47,685 nt of DNA from NCBI GenBank assembly GCA_900313205.1, contig OMQK01000005.1, positions 1-47,685 on the forward strand, read 5' to 3'. The position numbers and the translations under genes are program-made. Positions 19,516 to 28,489 of this stretch are shown here, piece by piece. Below the pieces are notes generated by a model, which ran no database searches, was not told the origin of the DNA, and saw only the letters and a list, made by a program, of their open reading frames with translations. The first letter of the stretch is position 1, and each line of letters opens with the position of its first letter. The stretch is from an uncultured Bacteroidales bacterium. GTDB taxonomy: Bacteria; Bacteroidota; Bacteroidia; Bacteroidales; UBA932.

Positions 19516-21726
19516 TTATTCGTGGATTACCCTGTCGTGGAGTTCGGCCAGTTTGCCGGCGTTCCAGCGGTCCGTGGTACCTACAAGGTAACCGGTGATG
19601 CGCTGGAGGGTGTCAATGTGGTGACCGTGGCAGTGGGGGCACTCATGGAGGTCCTTCTCTGCGTTCTCATAGCCGCAGTCAAGGCAGCGGTTGCGGTTGT
19701 GGTTCACGGAGCCGTAGCCTATGTCGTACTTATCCATGAGGTCCACGATCTGCATGATTGCCTCAGGGTTGTGGGTGGCGTCACCGTCAATCTCCACGTA
19801 GAAGATGTGGCCGGCGTTTTCATACTGGTGGTAAGGACCCTCAATCTTTGCCTTGTGCTCAGGTGTGCAGTGATAGTACACGGGAACGTGGCTGGAGTTG
19901 GTGTAGTAGTCCTTATCTGTGATACCGGGGATGATGCCGAAGGTCTTCTTGTCCCTCTTGGTGAACTTTCCTGCAAGACCCTCTGCGGGAGTAGCAAAGA
20001 AGGTGAAGTTGTGCTTGTAGATTTCAGTGTAGCCTTTCACTCTGTCGGCCATGTGGGAGATGATCCTGAGACCCAGTTCCTGGGCTTCCTCGCTCTCTCC
20101 GTGATGTTTGCCGATAAGGGCGATAAGGGTTTCGGCAAGGCCGATAAAGCCGATTGAAAGGGTGCCCTGGTTGATGACTTTCTCTATGGTATCTTCTGAG
20201 TCAAGTTTCTCTGAACCCATCCAGAGGCCGTTCATAAGCAGAGGGAACTGCTTCTTGAGGGCGGTCTTCTGGAAGTCGAAGCGCTCATTGAGCTGGCGGG
20301 CGGCAATGTCAAGGGCCCAGTCAACCTTCTGGAAGAACTTCTGGATACGTGCTTCCTTCTCAGGCTCTTCCCTCATTGCTTCAATTGCGAGCTTCACGAT
20401 ATTGATGGTGGTGAAGGAGAGGTTTCCGCGGCCGATAGAAGTCTTGGGGCCGAATGCATTGGCGTACACGCGGGTGCGGCAGCCCATGGTTGCGACCTCG
20501 TGGACATAGCGCTTGGGGTCATCGGCCTTCCAGGCGTCGTCCTGGTTGTAGGAGGCGTCCAGGTTGAGGAAGTTGGGGAAGAAACGGCGGGCCGATACCT
20601 TGCAGGCGAACTTGTATAGATCGTAGTTGGGATCCTCAGGCAGATAGCTCACGCCCCTCTTCTTCTTCCAGATCTGGATGGGGAAGATGGCGGTGCTGCC
20701 GTTACCTACACCCTCATAGGTGGTGTTGAGGATTTCACGGATGATGCAGCGGCCTTCTGCCGATGTATCAGTACCGTAGTTGATGGAGGAGAACACAACC
20801 TGGTTTCCGCCGCGGCTGTGGATGGTGTTCATATTGTGAACAAACGCCTCCATTGCCTGGTGGACGCGGCCAACGGTCTGGTTCACGGCATGCTGGAGAG
20901 CACGCTCACGGCCCTGCAGACCGGTGAGGTCACGCTTCAGGTAATCGTCTATCTTGGCGGTCTTGAGGTCCTCGTAATCCGCGTTCATGATGGCGCACAC
21001 CTTGTCAATCTCTTCCTCGAAGGTTTTGCGGACAAAGGGAGCAAGATAGAAGTCGAAGGCGGGGATGGCCTGGCCTCCGTGCATCTCGTTCTGGACGGTT
21101 TCCATGGAGATGCAAGCCAGAACTGCAGCGGTTTCAATGCGCTTTGCGGGACGGGACTCACCGTGGCCGGCCTTGAGACCGTGCTCCAGGATTACATCCA
21201 GGGGGTGCTGGATGCAGGTGAGGGACTTGGTGGGATAGTAATCTTTATCGTGGATGTGGATATAGTTACCTGCAACGGCTTCACGGACGGGGTCTGAGAG
21301 GAGGCACTCGTCCACATAGCTCTTTGTGGCCTCGGAGGCGAACTTCATCATCATGCCGGCGGGGGTATCGGCATTCATGTTGGCGTTCTCACGGGTGATG
21401 TCGTTGGCCTGGGCCTGGATGATGGTCTCAAAAATCTCGTTGGTCTTGGCCTTACGGGCAAGGTTACGTTTGTTGCGGTAGCGGATATACTCCTGGGCAA
21501 CCTCCTGGCGGGGGCTGTTCATGAGGTGGCTCTCAACAACATCCTGGATTTCCTCAACGGTCATCTCCTCCTTGGGCAGAAGGGAGATATCGTGGGCGAT
21601 CTGGGCAGCCAGCACAATATCTTCACCGTTCTCCGTTACATCCATTGCCTTGAGGATGGCGGCAACAATCTTCTGGTTGTTAAATTCGACGCGACGTCCA
21701 TCGCGCTTTAGTACACGTTTTACCAT
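19516..21726 (-). CDS. nrdD: Class III anaerobic ribonucleoside-triphosphate reductase
   Basis: ATP-cone start MVKRVLKRDG (21726), ENAN, IHIHD, MGCRT, TPAEG, YYTNS, CxxC...CxxC, RITGYL glycyl-radical loop. Confidence 0.97.
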   Translation of the reverse strand: MVKRVLKRDGRRVEFNNQKIVAAILKAMDVTENGEDIVLAAQIAHDISLLPKEEMTVEEIQDVVESHLMNSPRQEVAQEYIRYRNKRNLARKAKTNEIFETIIQAQANDITRENANMNADTPAGMMMKFASEATKSYVDECLLSDPVREAVAGNYIHIHDKDYYPTKSLTCIQHPLDVILEHGLKAGHGESRPAKRIETAAVLACISMETVQNEMHGGQAIPAFDFYLAPFVRKTFEEEIDKVCAIMNADYEDLKTAKIDDYLKRDLTGLQGRERALQHAVNQTVGRVHQAMEAFVHNMNTIHSRGGNQVVFSSINYGTDTSAEGRCIIREILNTTYEGVGNGSTAIFPIQIWKKKRGVSYLPEDPNYDLYKFACKVSARRFFPNFLNLDASYNQDDAWKADDPKRYVHEVATMGCRTRVYANAFGPKTSIGRGNLSFTTINIVKLAIEAMREEPEKEARIQKFFQKVDWALDIAARQLNERFDFQKTALKKQFPLLMNGLWMGSEKLDSEDTIEKVINQGTLSIGFIGLAETLIALIGKHHGESEEAQELGLRIISHMADRVKGYTEIYKHNFTFFATPAEGLAGKFTKRDKKTFGIIPGITDKDYYTNSSHVPVYYHCTPEHKAKIEGPYHQYENAGHIFYVEIDGDATHNPEAIMQIVDLMDKYDIGYGSVNHNRNRCLDCGYENAEKDLHECPHCHGHHIDTLQRITGYLVGTTDRWNAGKLAELHDRVIHE

Positions 21727-21771
21727 ATTGCGTTTATATTTCTGTGATCTTTGGTTAGGTCGGACTGGAGA

Positions 21772-21942
21772 CAAAGTTATATCAAGCTTTTTTTATTTAC
21801 AACGATTTTTCCGAAAAAAGTTATCAACAGTGCGTAAAAAAGCCTGTTAATTTGTTGATTAACAGGCAATTATAAAAGTTTCTAATTTAGAATTATTCTA
21901 AACAATAACTTTTGTGTTTCTTTTTGGATGAAGTTATCAACA
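21772..21942. promoter_or_regulatory. nrdD upstream region: -7 element, DnaA-like boxes, dyad box
   Basis: TAACTTTG (- strand, 21772-21779); TTATCAACA at 21821 and 21934; box TAATTTGTTGATTAACAGGCAATTA 21848-21872. Confidence 0.5.
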
Positions 21943-21949
21943 GCCCCCG

Positions 21950-21984
21950 AAAAAAGGAGATGCCCGATCAAGTCGGGCATGACG
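21950..21984 (-). terminator. REP unit acting as rho-independent terminator of the envC-like gene
   Basis: CGTCATGCCCGACTTGATCGGGCATCT followed by CCTTTTTT, 6 bp after stop 21991. Confidence 0.75.
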
Positions 21985-21990
21985 GAAAGC

Positions 21991-23190
21991 CTAGTCACGG
22001 AGCCAGTTTTCGGGGTTCTGGGGGGTGGTGTCCTGCCAGAGTTCGAAGTGGAAAAGGTCCTCACCGCCGATGGTGTCCACAATGCCCACAACCTGGCCGG
22101 TCTTGACCTTGTCTCCGGGCTTTACAGCTACGGTAGCAAGTTTGGAATAGAGGGTGTAGTACGCGCCGTGGTTTACCAGCACGCACTGGTTGTAGCCGGG
22201 CAGCACCACAATCTGTGTGACGGTACCGTTGAAGACGGCTTTAGCCTGGGTGCCGCGTTTGACGGCAAGGGTTACGCCGTTATTCTGCGGGAGGTCCACG
22301 TTCTGGTACACGGGATGCTTATGCTTACCGAAGCGCTCCACGATTGCGCCCTCCACCGGCCATGGTAATCGGCCTTTATTGGAGGCGAACTCATTGGAGA
22401 GTTTGGTATCAATGGCCGTGGAGGTCTTCTTGCCGGACTTGCCGGAGCCGCCGCCCTTCTGCTTCTGGCTCTCCTTCCGGATTAAATCGGCAATCTTCTT
22501 ATTCAGATCCTCCTTCTGCCTATTTTTAGACTGGAGCTGCTGCTGGTACTTCTTTCGGTCACTGCCCAGTTTCTGGACAAGGCGGTTACTTTCATCCTCC
22601 TCCCCGCGAAGCTTTGTACGCTCAGATGCGATCTGCTTCCGGGTAGCGGCTTCCGCTGCCCTGAGGCCTTCCAGACGCTCCTTTTCCACTTCCAGGGCGG
22701 CCGATGTCTCACGTATGCGCGTTGCCTGCGCGCCCATCTCTGATGCAAGCGAGCGGAGGTACCCGAAGCGCCTGAACCCCTGGCCGATGGACTCCGAGGC
22801 CAGCACATACATATACCACATACGGCTGTCGCGATTCTTGTAGGTGCTTCTCACAAGGCGGGCGTAATATGCGGAAAGGGTGTTGTGACGGGCCTGGAGC
22901 CTCTCAATGTCCTTACGGCATGTGCGGATGGAGTCGTCCAGGATGCGGAGGGTCTGGTCCGACGCCGCAATGAGTTTTTCCCGCGCCTGGATCTTGCTGC
23001 GCACCAGCGTAAGGTTTGTGAGTTCCCTCTCCCGGGCCGATGAATTCTCCTTGAGCTGACGGTTCAGTATTGCAATCTCCTTCTCCAGCTGGGCCCTCTG
23101 GCTTTCCAGCTTCTTCATGGAGCTGGATTTCTGGGCCAGGGCCGGAAGGGCCAGGCTAAGCGCCATTAATATAATAAGGAGCCTTCTCAT
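21991..23190 (-). CDS. envC: Murein hydrolase activator EnvC-like (coiled coil + M23 domain)
   Basis: Signal peptide, long coiled coil, NKGRLPWPV, degenerate M23 motifs, FHFELW...NPENWL. Confidence 0.85.
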   Translation of the reverse strand: MRRLLIILMALSLALPALAQKSSSMKKLESQRAQLEKEIAILNRQLKENSSARERELTNLTLVRSKIQAREKLIAASDQTLRILDDSIRTCRKDIERLQARHNTLSAYYARLVRSTYKNRDSRMWYMYVLASESIGQGFRRFGYLRSLASEMGAQATRIRETSAALEVEKERLEGLRAAEAATRKQIASERTKLRGEEDESNRLVQKLGSDRKKYQQQLQSKNRQKEDLNKKIADLIRKESQKQKGGGSGKSGKKTSTAIDTKLSNEFASNKGRLPWPVEGAIVERFGKHKHPVYQNVDLPQNNGVTLAVKRGTQAKAVFNGTVTQIVVLPGYNQCVLVNHGAYYTLYSKLATVAVKPGDKVKTGQVVGIVDTIGGEDLFHFELWQDTTPQNPENWLRD

Positions 23191-24812
23191 TGTTCCAGAC
23201 GTTTTGCCATGTTAAGGTATACCTGGGCCGAGTCATTCTCTCCAAGCGCCCGAAGCACCGTGGCGTAATGCCTGAGGATCACGGGGCTGTCCTTGCCGCC
23301 GTAAAGCATGGCATGCTTGAAGAAGGGCTTTGCCTCCAGGTCCTTTCCCTGAAGGTGAAGGATCCAGGCAAAGGTGTCAAGATAGGTGGCGTTATCAGGC
23401 TCCGCCTCAATAGTCTTCTTGGACATGGTGTACGCCTTCTTCAGTTTCCGGCCTTCTTCAGATAGGTAGTAGGCGTAGTTGTTGAGAACCGGGGCGTAGG
23501 AAGGATCTATCTTCAGGGCCTTGTCATAGGCCTTGTAGGCTTCCTTGGAATTGCCCTTTGAATGGTAGGCGTCCCCAAGCTGGGACCATGAAGCAAGAAG
23601 CACTTTTGTGTCCTTGGGATAATTCTTTATAAGGTATCGGCAGTTGCCGATTATTGCGTCGTAATCCTTGAGCTGGTAGTTTGCCATATTGGCGTAATCC
23701 ATGAAGCCAAGCTCTGAGAAACGGTTGAAGGCATCCAGGGACTCATCCCTCATTGCCTCCCACTTCTGCTGCAGGGACAGGACCTGGATGTAAGTAGCCA
23801 TAATGGGGACGCTCTCCGGGAATGCCACTGCGGCAAGGCGGAAGTAATTCTCTCCCTGGTCCCTCCTTCCGGTGGAGAAGAAGTAGGAGCCAACGGTGGT
23901 GTAGAGGGTGGAATCGGCCTGGGAATGCTCTACGGCAAGGACGGCAAGGGAGTCAAAGCTGGGCCTGTGTGCCTGCAGAACCTTGGGGTCTATGCTGCGG
24001 GTTATGTTGCCGATATACATGCTCTTGGACTGGGCGGGAACGTCAGGCGACGTAAAGAAGGGCCTGAGAGTCTTGAAATACTCCGGATACTGCCTCTGGC
24101 GCCTGTACACCTCGCTCATGCCCATTGTGGCGGGGATGTAGGAGCTGTCAAGCTCCAGGGCCTCAGTGAAGCGGGCGCGGGCAAGGGAGTCCTTGAAATC
24201 GGCCAGATATGCATCCCCCAGCATTGAGAGGATATGCGGCGACGAATAATCCCTGTTGAAGGCCTCCAGGGCCTCTACGGCAAGGTCCGGGCGGCCCATG
24301 GCCTGGTAAATGTCGTGGCGGGTGGTGGCAACTTCCTCCGACATCCCCCTCTGGTGCTCTATCTCCTCAAGGGCGCCAAGCGCCTTGTCAAAGTCCTTTT
24401 CCGTGAGGTATACCTCCAAAAGTTCATAGGGAAGGGACTGGTTTTCCGGAAAATCCTTCACCAGGGACTCATAGAGGGACTTTCCATCGGCCTTTTTCCC
24501 CTGCGCCAGATAAAGGCGGGCAAGGGTGCGCCTGTACCAGAAGTTGGTGCTGTCAAGTGCTACAGCCTTCTCAAGGGAAGCCTCCGCGCCGGGCATATCG
24601 TTAAGCCTCAGCTGTGTCTGGGCCAGGTAATACCATACGGCGTCGCTCTCCGGAGAGGCAACGCTGAGAGTTTGCAAAATGCGCTGGGCCTTTGCAAACT
24701 GACCATTGGAATATAGGGAAACGGCGTCTACCAGATTGGACTCCACGGTTTGCGCCCTGAGCGGGAGCAGCATGGCCAAAATGGCAAGGGCCAGAACGAA
24801 TACTTTTTTCAT
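23187..24812 (-). CDS. Exported TPR-repeat protein
   Basis: Signal peptide, multiple TPRs, LNNYAYYLS, YLDTFAWIL. Confidence 0.88.
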   Translation of the reverse strand: MKKVFVLALAILAMLLPLRAQTVESNLVDAVSLYSNGQFAKAQRILQTLSVASPESDAVWYYLAQTQLRLNDMPGAEASLEKAVALDSTNFWYRRTLARLYLAQGKKADGKSLYESLVKDFPENQSLPYELLEVYLTEKDFDKALGALEEIEHQRGMSEEVATTRHDIYQAMGRPDLAVEALEAFNRDYSSPHILSMLGDAYLADFKDSLARARFTEALELDSSYIPATMGMSEVYRRQRQYPEYFKTLRPFFTSPDVPAQSKSMYIGNITRSIDPKVLQAHRPSFDSLAVLAVEHSQADSTLYTTVGSYFFSTGRRDQGENYFRLAAVAFPESVPIMATYIQVLSLQQKWEAMRDESLDAFNRFSELGFMDYANMANYQLKDYDAIIGNCRYLIKNYPKDTKVLLASWSQLGDAYHSKGNSKEAYKAYDKALKIDPSYAPVLNNYAYYLSEEGRKLKKAYTMSKKTIEAEPDNATYLDTFAWILHLQGKDLEAKPFFKHAMLYGGKDSPVILRHYATVLRALGENDSAQVYLNMAKRLEQ

Positions 24813-24865
24813 CCTTGCAAAATTACTGCATTTTTCTCATTTTTGTGTAACAAATACCGCACCTT

Positions 24866-25462
24866 TTGAAACGTTTCTACATAAAACTGCATCTTATTAC
24901 TTGGGCAGGGAACGAAGAATCCCCTGGAGGCCGATGCTCCCTTGAGGAGCTTGCGGCCGCCTGCGCCAAGGGAAAAAGGGATGCCCAGAAACGTCTCTTT
25001 GACTCCCTGGCACCAAAGATGATGGCCGTCTGCCTCCGGTACATGGGTAACCGGGAAGACGCCGAAGATGTGCTCCAGGAGGGCTTTGTAACGCTTTTCA
25101 CAAAGCTGAACAGTTACAACGGCTCCGGATCATTTGAAGGCTGGGCCAGAAAGATCTTTGTAAACACTGCACTGATGCACCTGAGGAAGACAGATGCCCT
25201 GGGACTTTCCGGAGACATTGAAGAGGCGCGCTCCCTTTCCACGGAAGAAGCCACACCGCTTCAGAAGATGGGGTATAAGGAGCTGATGGAAATGATAGCC
25301 GGGCTTCCCCCGGATGCCAGGACGGTGTTTAACATGTTTGTGGTGGAAGGTTATTCCCATAAGGAAATTGCCGCCACCCTTGGGTGCACGGAAGCCACTT
25401 CCCGTTCAAAACTTCAACGGGCAAGGCTCCAGCTGCAGGAAATGATTAGTAAGAGAAAATGA
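24866..25462 (+). CDS. ECF sigma factor (start uncertain)
   Basis: Region 2 DAEDVLQEGF, SFEGWARKI; region 4 EGYSHKEIA...SRSKLQRAR. Confidence 0.9.
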   Translation: MKRFYIKLHLITWAGNEESPGGRCSLEELAAACAKGKRDAQKRLFDSLAPKMMAVCLRYMGNREDAEDVLQEGFVTLFTKLNSYNGSGSFEGWARKIFVNTALMHLRKTDALGLSGDIEEARSLSTEEATPLQKMGYKELMEMIAGLPPDARTVFNMFVVEGYSHKEIAATLGCTEATSRSKLQRARLQLQEMISKRK

Positions 25463-26592
25463 GAGATCAAGACATAAGAGAGATACTCTATAACGCGGAG
25501 GAACCCGTTTCCCCCGGCGTTTGGAGTGCGGTAGCGGCAGGACTGGACGCAAAGAAACGCATTGTCCCCGCATGGATGTGGGGCGCCATGGCTTTTGCCG
25601 CGGCGGCAGCCGTAGCGGTTGGCGTTTTCCTGTGGCGTCCGTCAAATTTAAGGTTAGAAGAATATACGCCTGCTTCCCCGCTTGCGGCGCAGCTCCAAAA
25701 TTCCCTTCCCGGTGGCATCGTAATGCCCGCAGAGGTATCATCGGCCCCGGTAAGGAAAGCCGCCGCACACATTGCTTTACGGGAGGAAGCTATCCTGGAG
25801 GCCGTACAAACAGCAACCATTAACCCGGTGCCCCTTCAGAAGCTTTCTTCCCGCCTGGCAATGCCGCCAGAGAGCTCTTATGTTGCCCAGGTAGACGACA
25901 ACTACCTCCTCAATGAACTGGCCTGGGAGGCAAAGCCGCTTCCCGGCAGGGATATCTCCCTTACAGCTTCCGGCAATTTCCAGGCAAGTTCAAAGGCTCC
26001 GTTCCTGAGCCGCCGCGGCGCCGCTGCTGCTGCCGCTGTTCCCCAGGAAGGCGTATATGACCCTGTTCCTGAATCTGACAAACCCGGTTTTCCGTTCTCC
26101 GTGGGCCTTGGTGTCAAATGGAACTTCGCTCCCAGGTGGGCGGTTGGCACAGGTATCAATTACACAAATATCAGCCGCTCCTTCACCGCAAATTACGCCG
26201 ATGACGGCTTTGTGCTCACCCAGGTACCCGTAGACAACATGCAGCACTGGATTGGCGCTCCCGTCAACTTCTACTTTGACGTTGTCCGCAGCCCCCGCTG
26301 GAGGGTCCACGTTCTTGCCGGCGGAGAAATGGATTACCTCCTTGCCAACAACTTCATGGTTCATGGCAACAAGCCCATTCCCTGGCAGAAGAAGGACACT
26401 TCCTTCCAATGGTCTGCAGGGGTAGGTGCCGGCGCGGAGTACATGATCACTCCCTGGCTGGGCATATATCTGAACCCCATGGTGCGCTACTATTTCACAC
26501 GCGTGAGCGGGGCCGATATAAACGGTCTTCCCGTCCATCCCGTCCGCTTCATGATGGAAGGCGGCCTCAGATTCTCTATCGGCAGCTATTAG
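25459..26592 (+). CDS. ECF-associated protein: N-terminal anti-sigma-like segment + TM + C-terminal OM beta-barrel
   Basis: EEPVSPGVWSAV motif, TM helix, amphipathic strands ending GLRFSIG; ATGA overlap with the sigma gene. Confidence 0.75.
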   Translation: MRDQDIREILYNAEEPVSPGVWSAVAAGLDAKKRIVPAWMWGAMAFAAAAAVAVGVFLWRPSNLRLEEYTPASPLAAQLQNSLPGGIVMPAEVSSAPVRKAAAHIALREEAILEAVQTATINPVPLQKLSSRLAMPPESSYVAQVDDNYLLNELAWEAKPLPGRDISLTASGNFQASSKAPFLSRRGAAAAAAVPQEGVYDPVPESDKPGFPFSVGLGVKWNFAPRWAVGTGINYTNISRSFTANYADDGFVLTQVPVDNMQHWIGAPVNFYFDVVRSPRWRVHVLAGGEMDYLLANNFMVHGNKPIPWQKKDTSFQWSAGVGAGAEYMITPWLGIYLNPMVRYYFTRVSGADINGLPVHPVRFMMEGGLRFSIGSY

Positions 26593-26601
26593 CGCTGCAG
26601 G

Positions 26602-27657
26602 TTAGGGCCGAAGATTTTCCTTAAAGACGATGTCTATTGGCAGCAATTCCGGGAGAGTGCTGTCCGGAGTTCCATAGAGAAGATAGTGAAGTATGGATTC
26701 TACCGCATAGAATCCCTGGCGTTCAGGATGCTGGTTGATGAGGAAATCCAGTGTACCCTCACGGACACATCTTGCATTACCGTCAGTTACATCAAAGCCG
26801 CCCACGACGAGTCCTGTTATACCGGCATCCCTGAGGGCATCAGAGATAAGATAACTTGAAGAAATTGCCACTGCTATTCCACCAACATTTGGATGTTCGC
26901 CCAAAAAGGACTTTAACTCTGAGACCACGGCTTCATGCCCAACGGTAGAGAACTGGGCTTCATGGATGACACGGAGTTTCCCATTCTCCGGGAAATAATC
27001 CTTAAATGCAGCTTTTCTGATGGCAGAGTTGTTGGACATCTGGGTACCAGTACGACGTGGCACCATTAGCACAAGTTCCTTGCCCTGCGGCGTAAGGCCG
27101 TCCATAAGCCTTGCCAGAAGGCGGCCGCAAGAAATCTGATTTGCCTTATAAGTGGCAACTGGTGTTGTTTCCTCTATTCCGCCATCCACAAAAACATATG
27201 GCACATGCCGTTTATTCAGGCGTTCACACAAATACCTGGTCTCATCAACGAAGGTTGTGCCCACTACCACAGCCGAACACGGTGCTTCTGCAATAGAGTC
27301 AAATGCATCACGGCAGGAGAGGGAGTCGAACTGATCGAAGAAAACAAACTGGCTCTCAATATCAAAATCTCCATATTCACTGAAACCTTCCTCAATTCCT
27401 TCACGAATGAGATCCCAGTACTCTCCTTTTTCTGATGAAGGGATGGAAACCAAAATCTTCAAAGACTTTTTGGTTTTCTTGAAAGCAACCGCCGATGTAT
27501 GAAGGTTATACTTGTAAGATTGACCATCCAGAACCTTCTGAACGGCAGCAAGAGCCTCCTGAGACACTTTTCCGCGATTATGGAGGACCCTATCCACCGT
27601 ACCGGCAGAAACACCTGCCAGCGCTGCAATTTGTTTTATGGTTAACTGTTGTGCCAT
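26602..27657 (-). CDS. LacI-family transcriptional regulator
   Basis: TIKQIAALAGVSAGTVDRVLHNRG HTH plus periplasmic-binding-protein fold; start MAQQ preferred because a -7 motif overlaps 27664-27671. Confidence 0.93.
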   Translation of the reverse strand: MAQQLTIKQIAALAGVSAGTVDRVLHNRGKVSQEALAAVQKVLDGQSYKYNLHTSAVAFKKTKKSLKILVSIPSSEKGEYWDLIREGIEEGFSEYGDFDIESQFVFFDQFDSLSCRDAFDSIAEAPCSAVVVGTTFVDETRYLCERLNKRHVPYVFVDGGIEETTPVATYKANQISCGRLLARLMDGLTPQGKELVLMVPRRTGTQMSNNSAIRKAAFKDYFPENGKLRVIHEAQFSTVGHEAVVSELKSFLGEHPNVGGIAVAISSSYLISDALRDAGITGLVVGGFDVTDGNARCVREGTLDFLINQHPERQGFYAVESILHYLLYGTPDSTLPELLPIDIVFKENLRP

Positions 27658-27702
27658 TTCCTGCAAAAATAGTCAAAATTTGCATTATTATGAATTCTTT
27701 TT

Positions 27703-27725
27703 TATATTTGTGTCCGCACACACTT
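27703..27725 (+). promoter_or_regulatory. -7 element overlapped by candidate LacI operator
   Basis: TATATTTG followed by TTGTGTCCGCACACACTT; related to the perfect palindrome at 41323-41340. Confidence 0.65.
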
Positions 27726-27733
27726 TAGGAATT

Positions 27734-28489
27734 ATGAATACTTTGACAGGAAAAGTGGCCGTGGTAACCGGAGGCTCAAGGGATATTGGCAGAGCCGTCT
27801 CAGTCAAACTTGCCCAGGAAGGAGCAAAGGTTTGCATCAATTACTGCCACAATGAAGCAAAAGCCAGGGAAACTCTCCAAATGGTTAAAGATGCCGGAGG
27901 GGAGGCTATTCTGGTTAAGGCCGATGTTACAAAAGCCGAGGATGTCCGGTTTCTGATGGAAGAAACCGCCAAGGCATTCGGCCCACGCATTGACATCCTG
28001 GTGAACAACGCTGGTGGTATTGTCGGACGAAAAAAGATTGAGGAGCAGGATGAGAACTGGTACAACACTGTCCTGGACCTTAACTTCAAGAGCTGCTGGC
28101 TGTGCACACGTGACGTCCTCCCCTATATGAAAGAAGGCGGAAGCATCATCAACATCTCCTCCCAGGCTGCTCGTGACGGTGGCGGCCCCGGCAGTTCCAT
28201 CTACGCATGCGGGAAAGCAGCCATGCTATGCCATACAAGGGCCATGGCCAAAGAACTGGGCCCTCAGGGAATCAGGGTCAATGCCATATGCCCCGGCATG
28301 ATCAACACCTACTTCCATGACACCTTCACGGCTCCGGAAGGAAGGGAAGCCCTGCATCGGAGCGCCCCCCTTAGAAGAGAAGGTGAAGCCTGTGAAGTGG
28401 CTGGCCTTGTTGCCTTTTTGGCAGGAAGCGAATCTCCATACGTCACGGGCACGGGAATTGATATTAACGGCGGGTGTCTGTTCTCATAA
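27734..28489 (+). CDS. Short-chain dehydrogenase/reductase resembling DEH (4-deoxy-L-erythro-5-hexoseulose uronate) reductases
   Basis: TGGSRDIG, NNAGG, SSQAARDGGG, YACGK, PGMINTYFHDTF, DINGG. Confidence 0.8.
   Translation: MNTLTGKVAVVTGGSRDIGRAVSVKLAQEGAKVCINYCHNEAKARETLQMVKDAGGEAILVKADVTKAEDVRFLMEETAKAFGPRIDILVNNAGGIVGRKKIEEQDENWYNTVLDLNFKSCWLCTRDVLPYMKEGGSIINISSQAARDGGGPGSSIYACGKAAMLCHTRAMAKELGPQGIRVNAICPGMINTYFHDTFTAPEGREALHRSAPLRREGEACEVAGLVAFLAGSESPYVTGTGIDINGGCLFS

Noticed and set aside
26010-26040. GCC/GCT run encoding poly-Ala
   Set aside because: Short, mixed-codon low-complexity linker; not a phase-variable tract.
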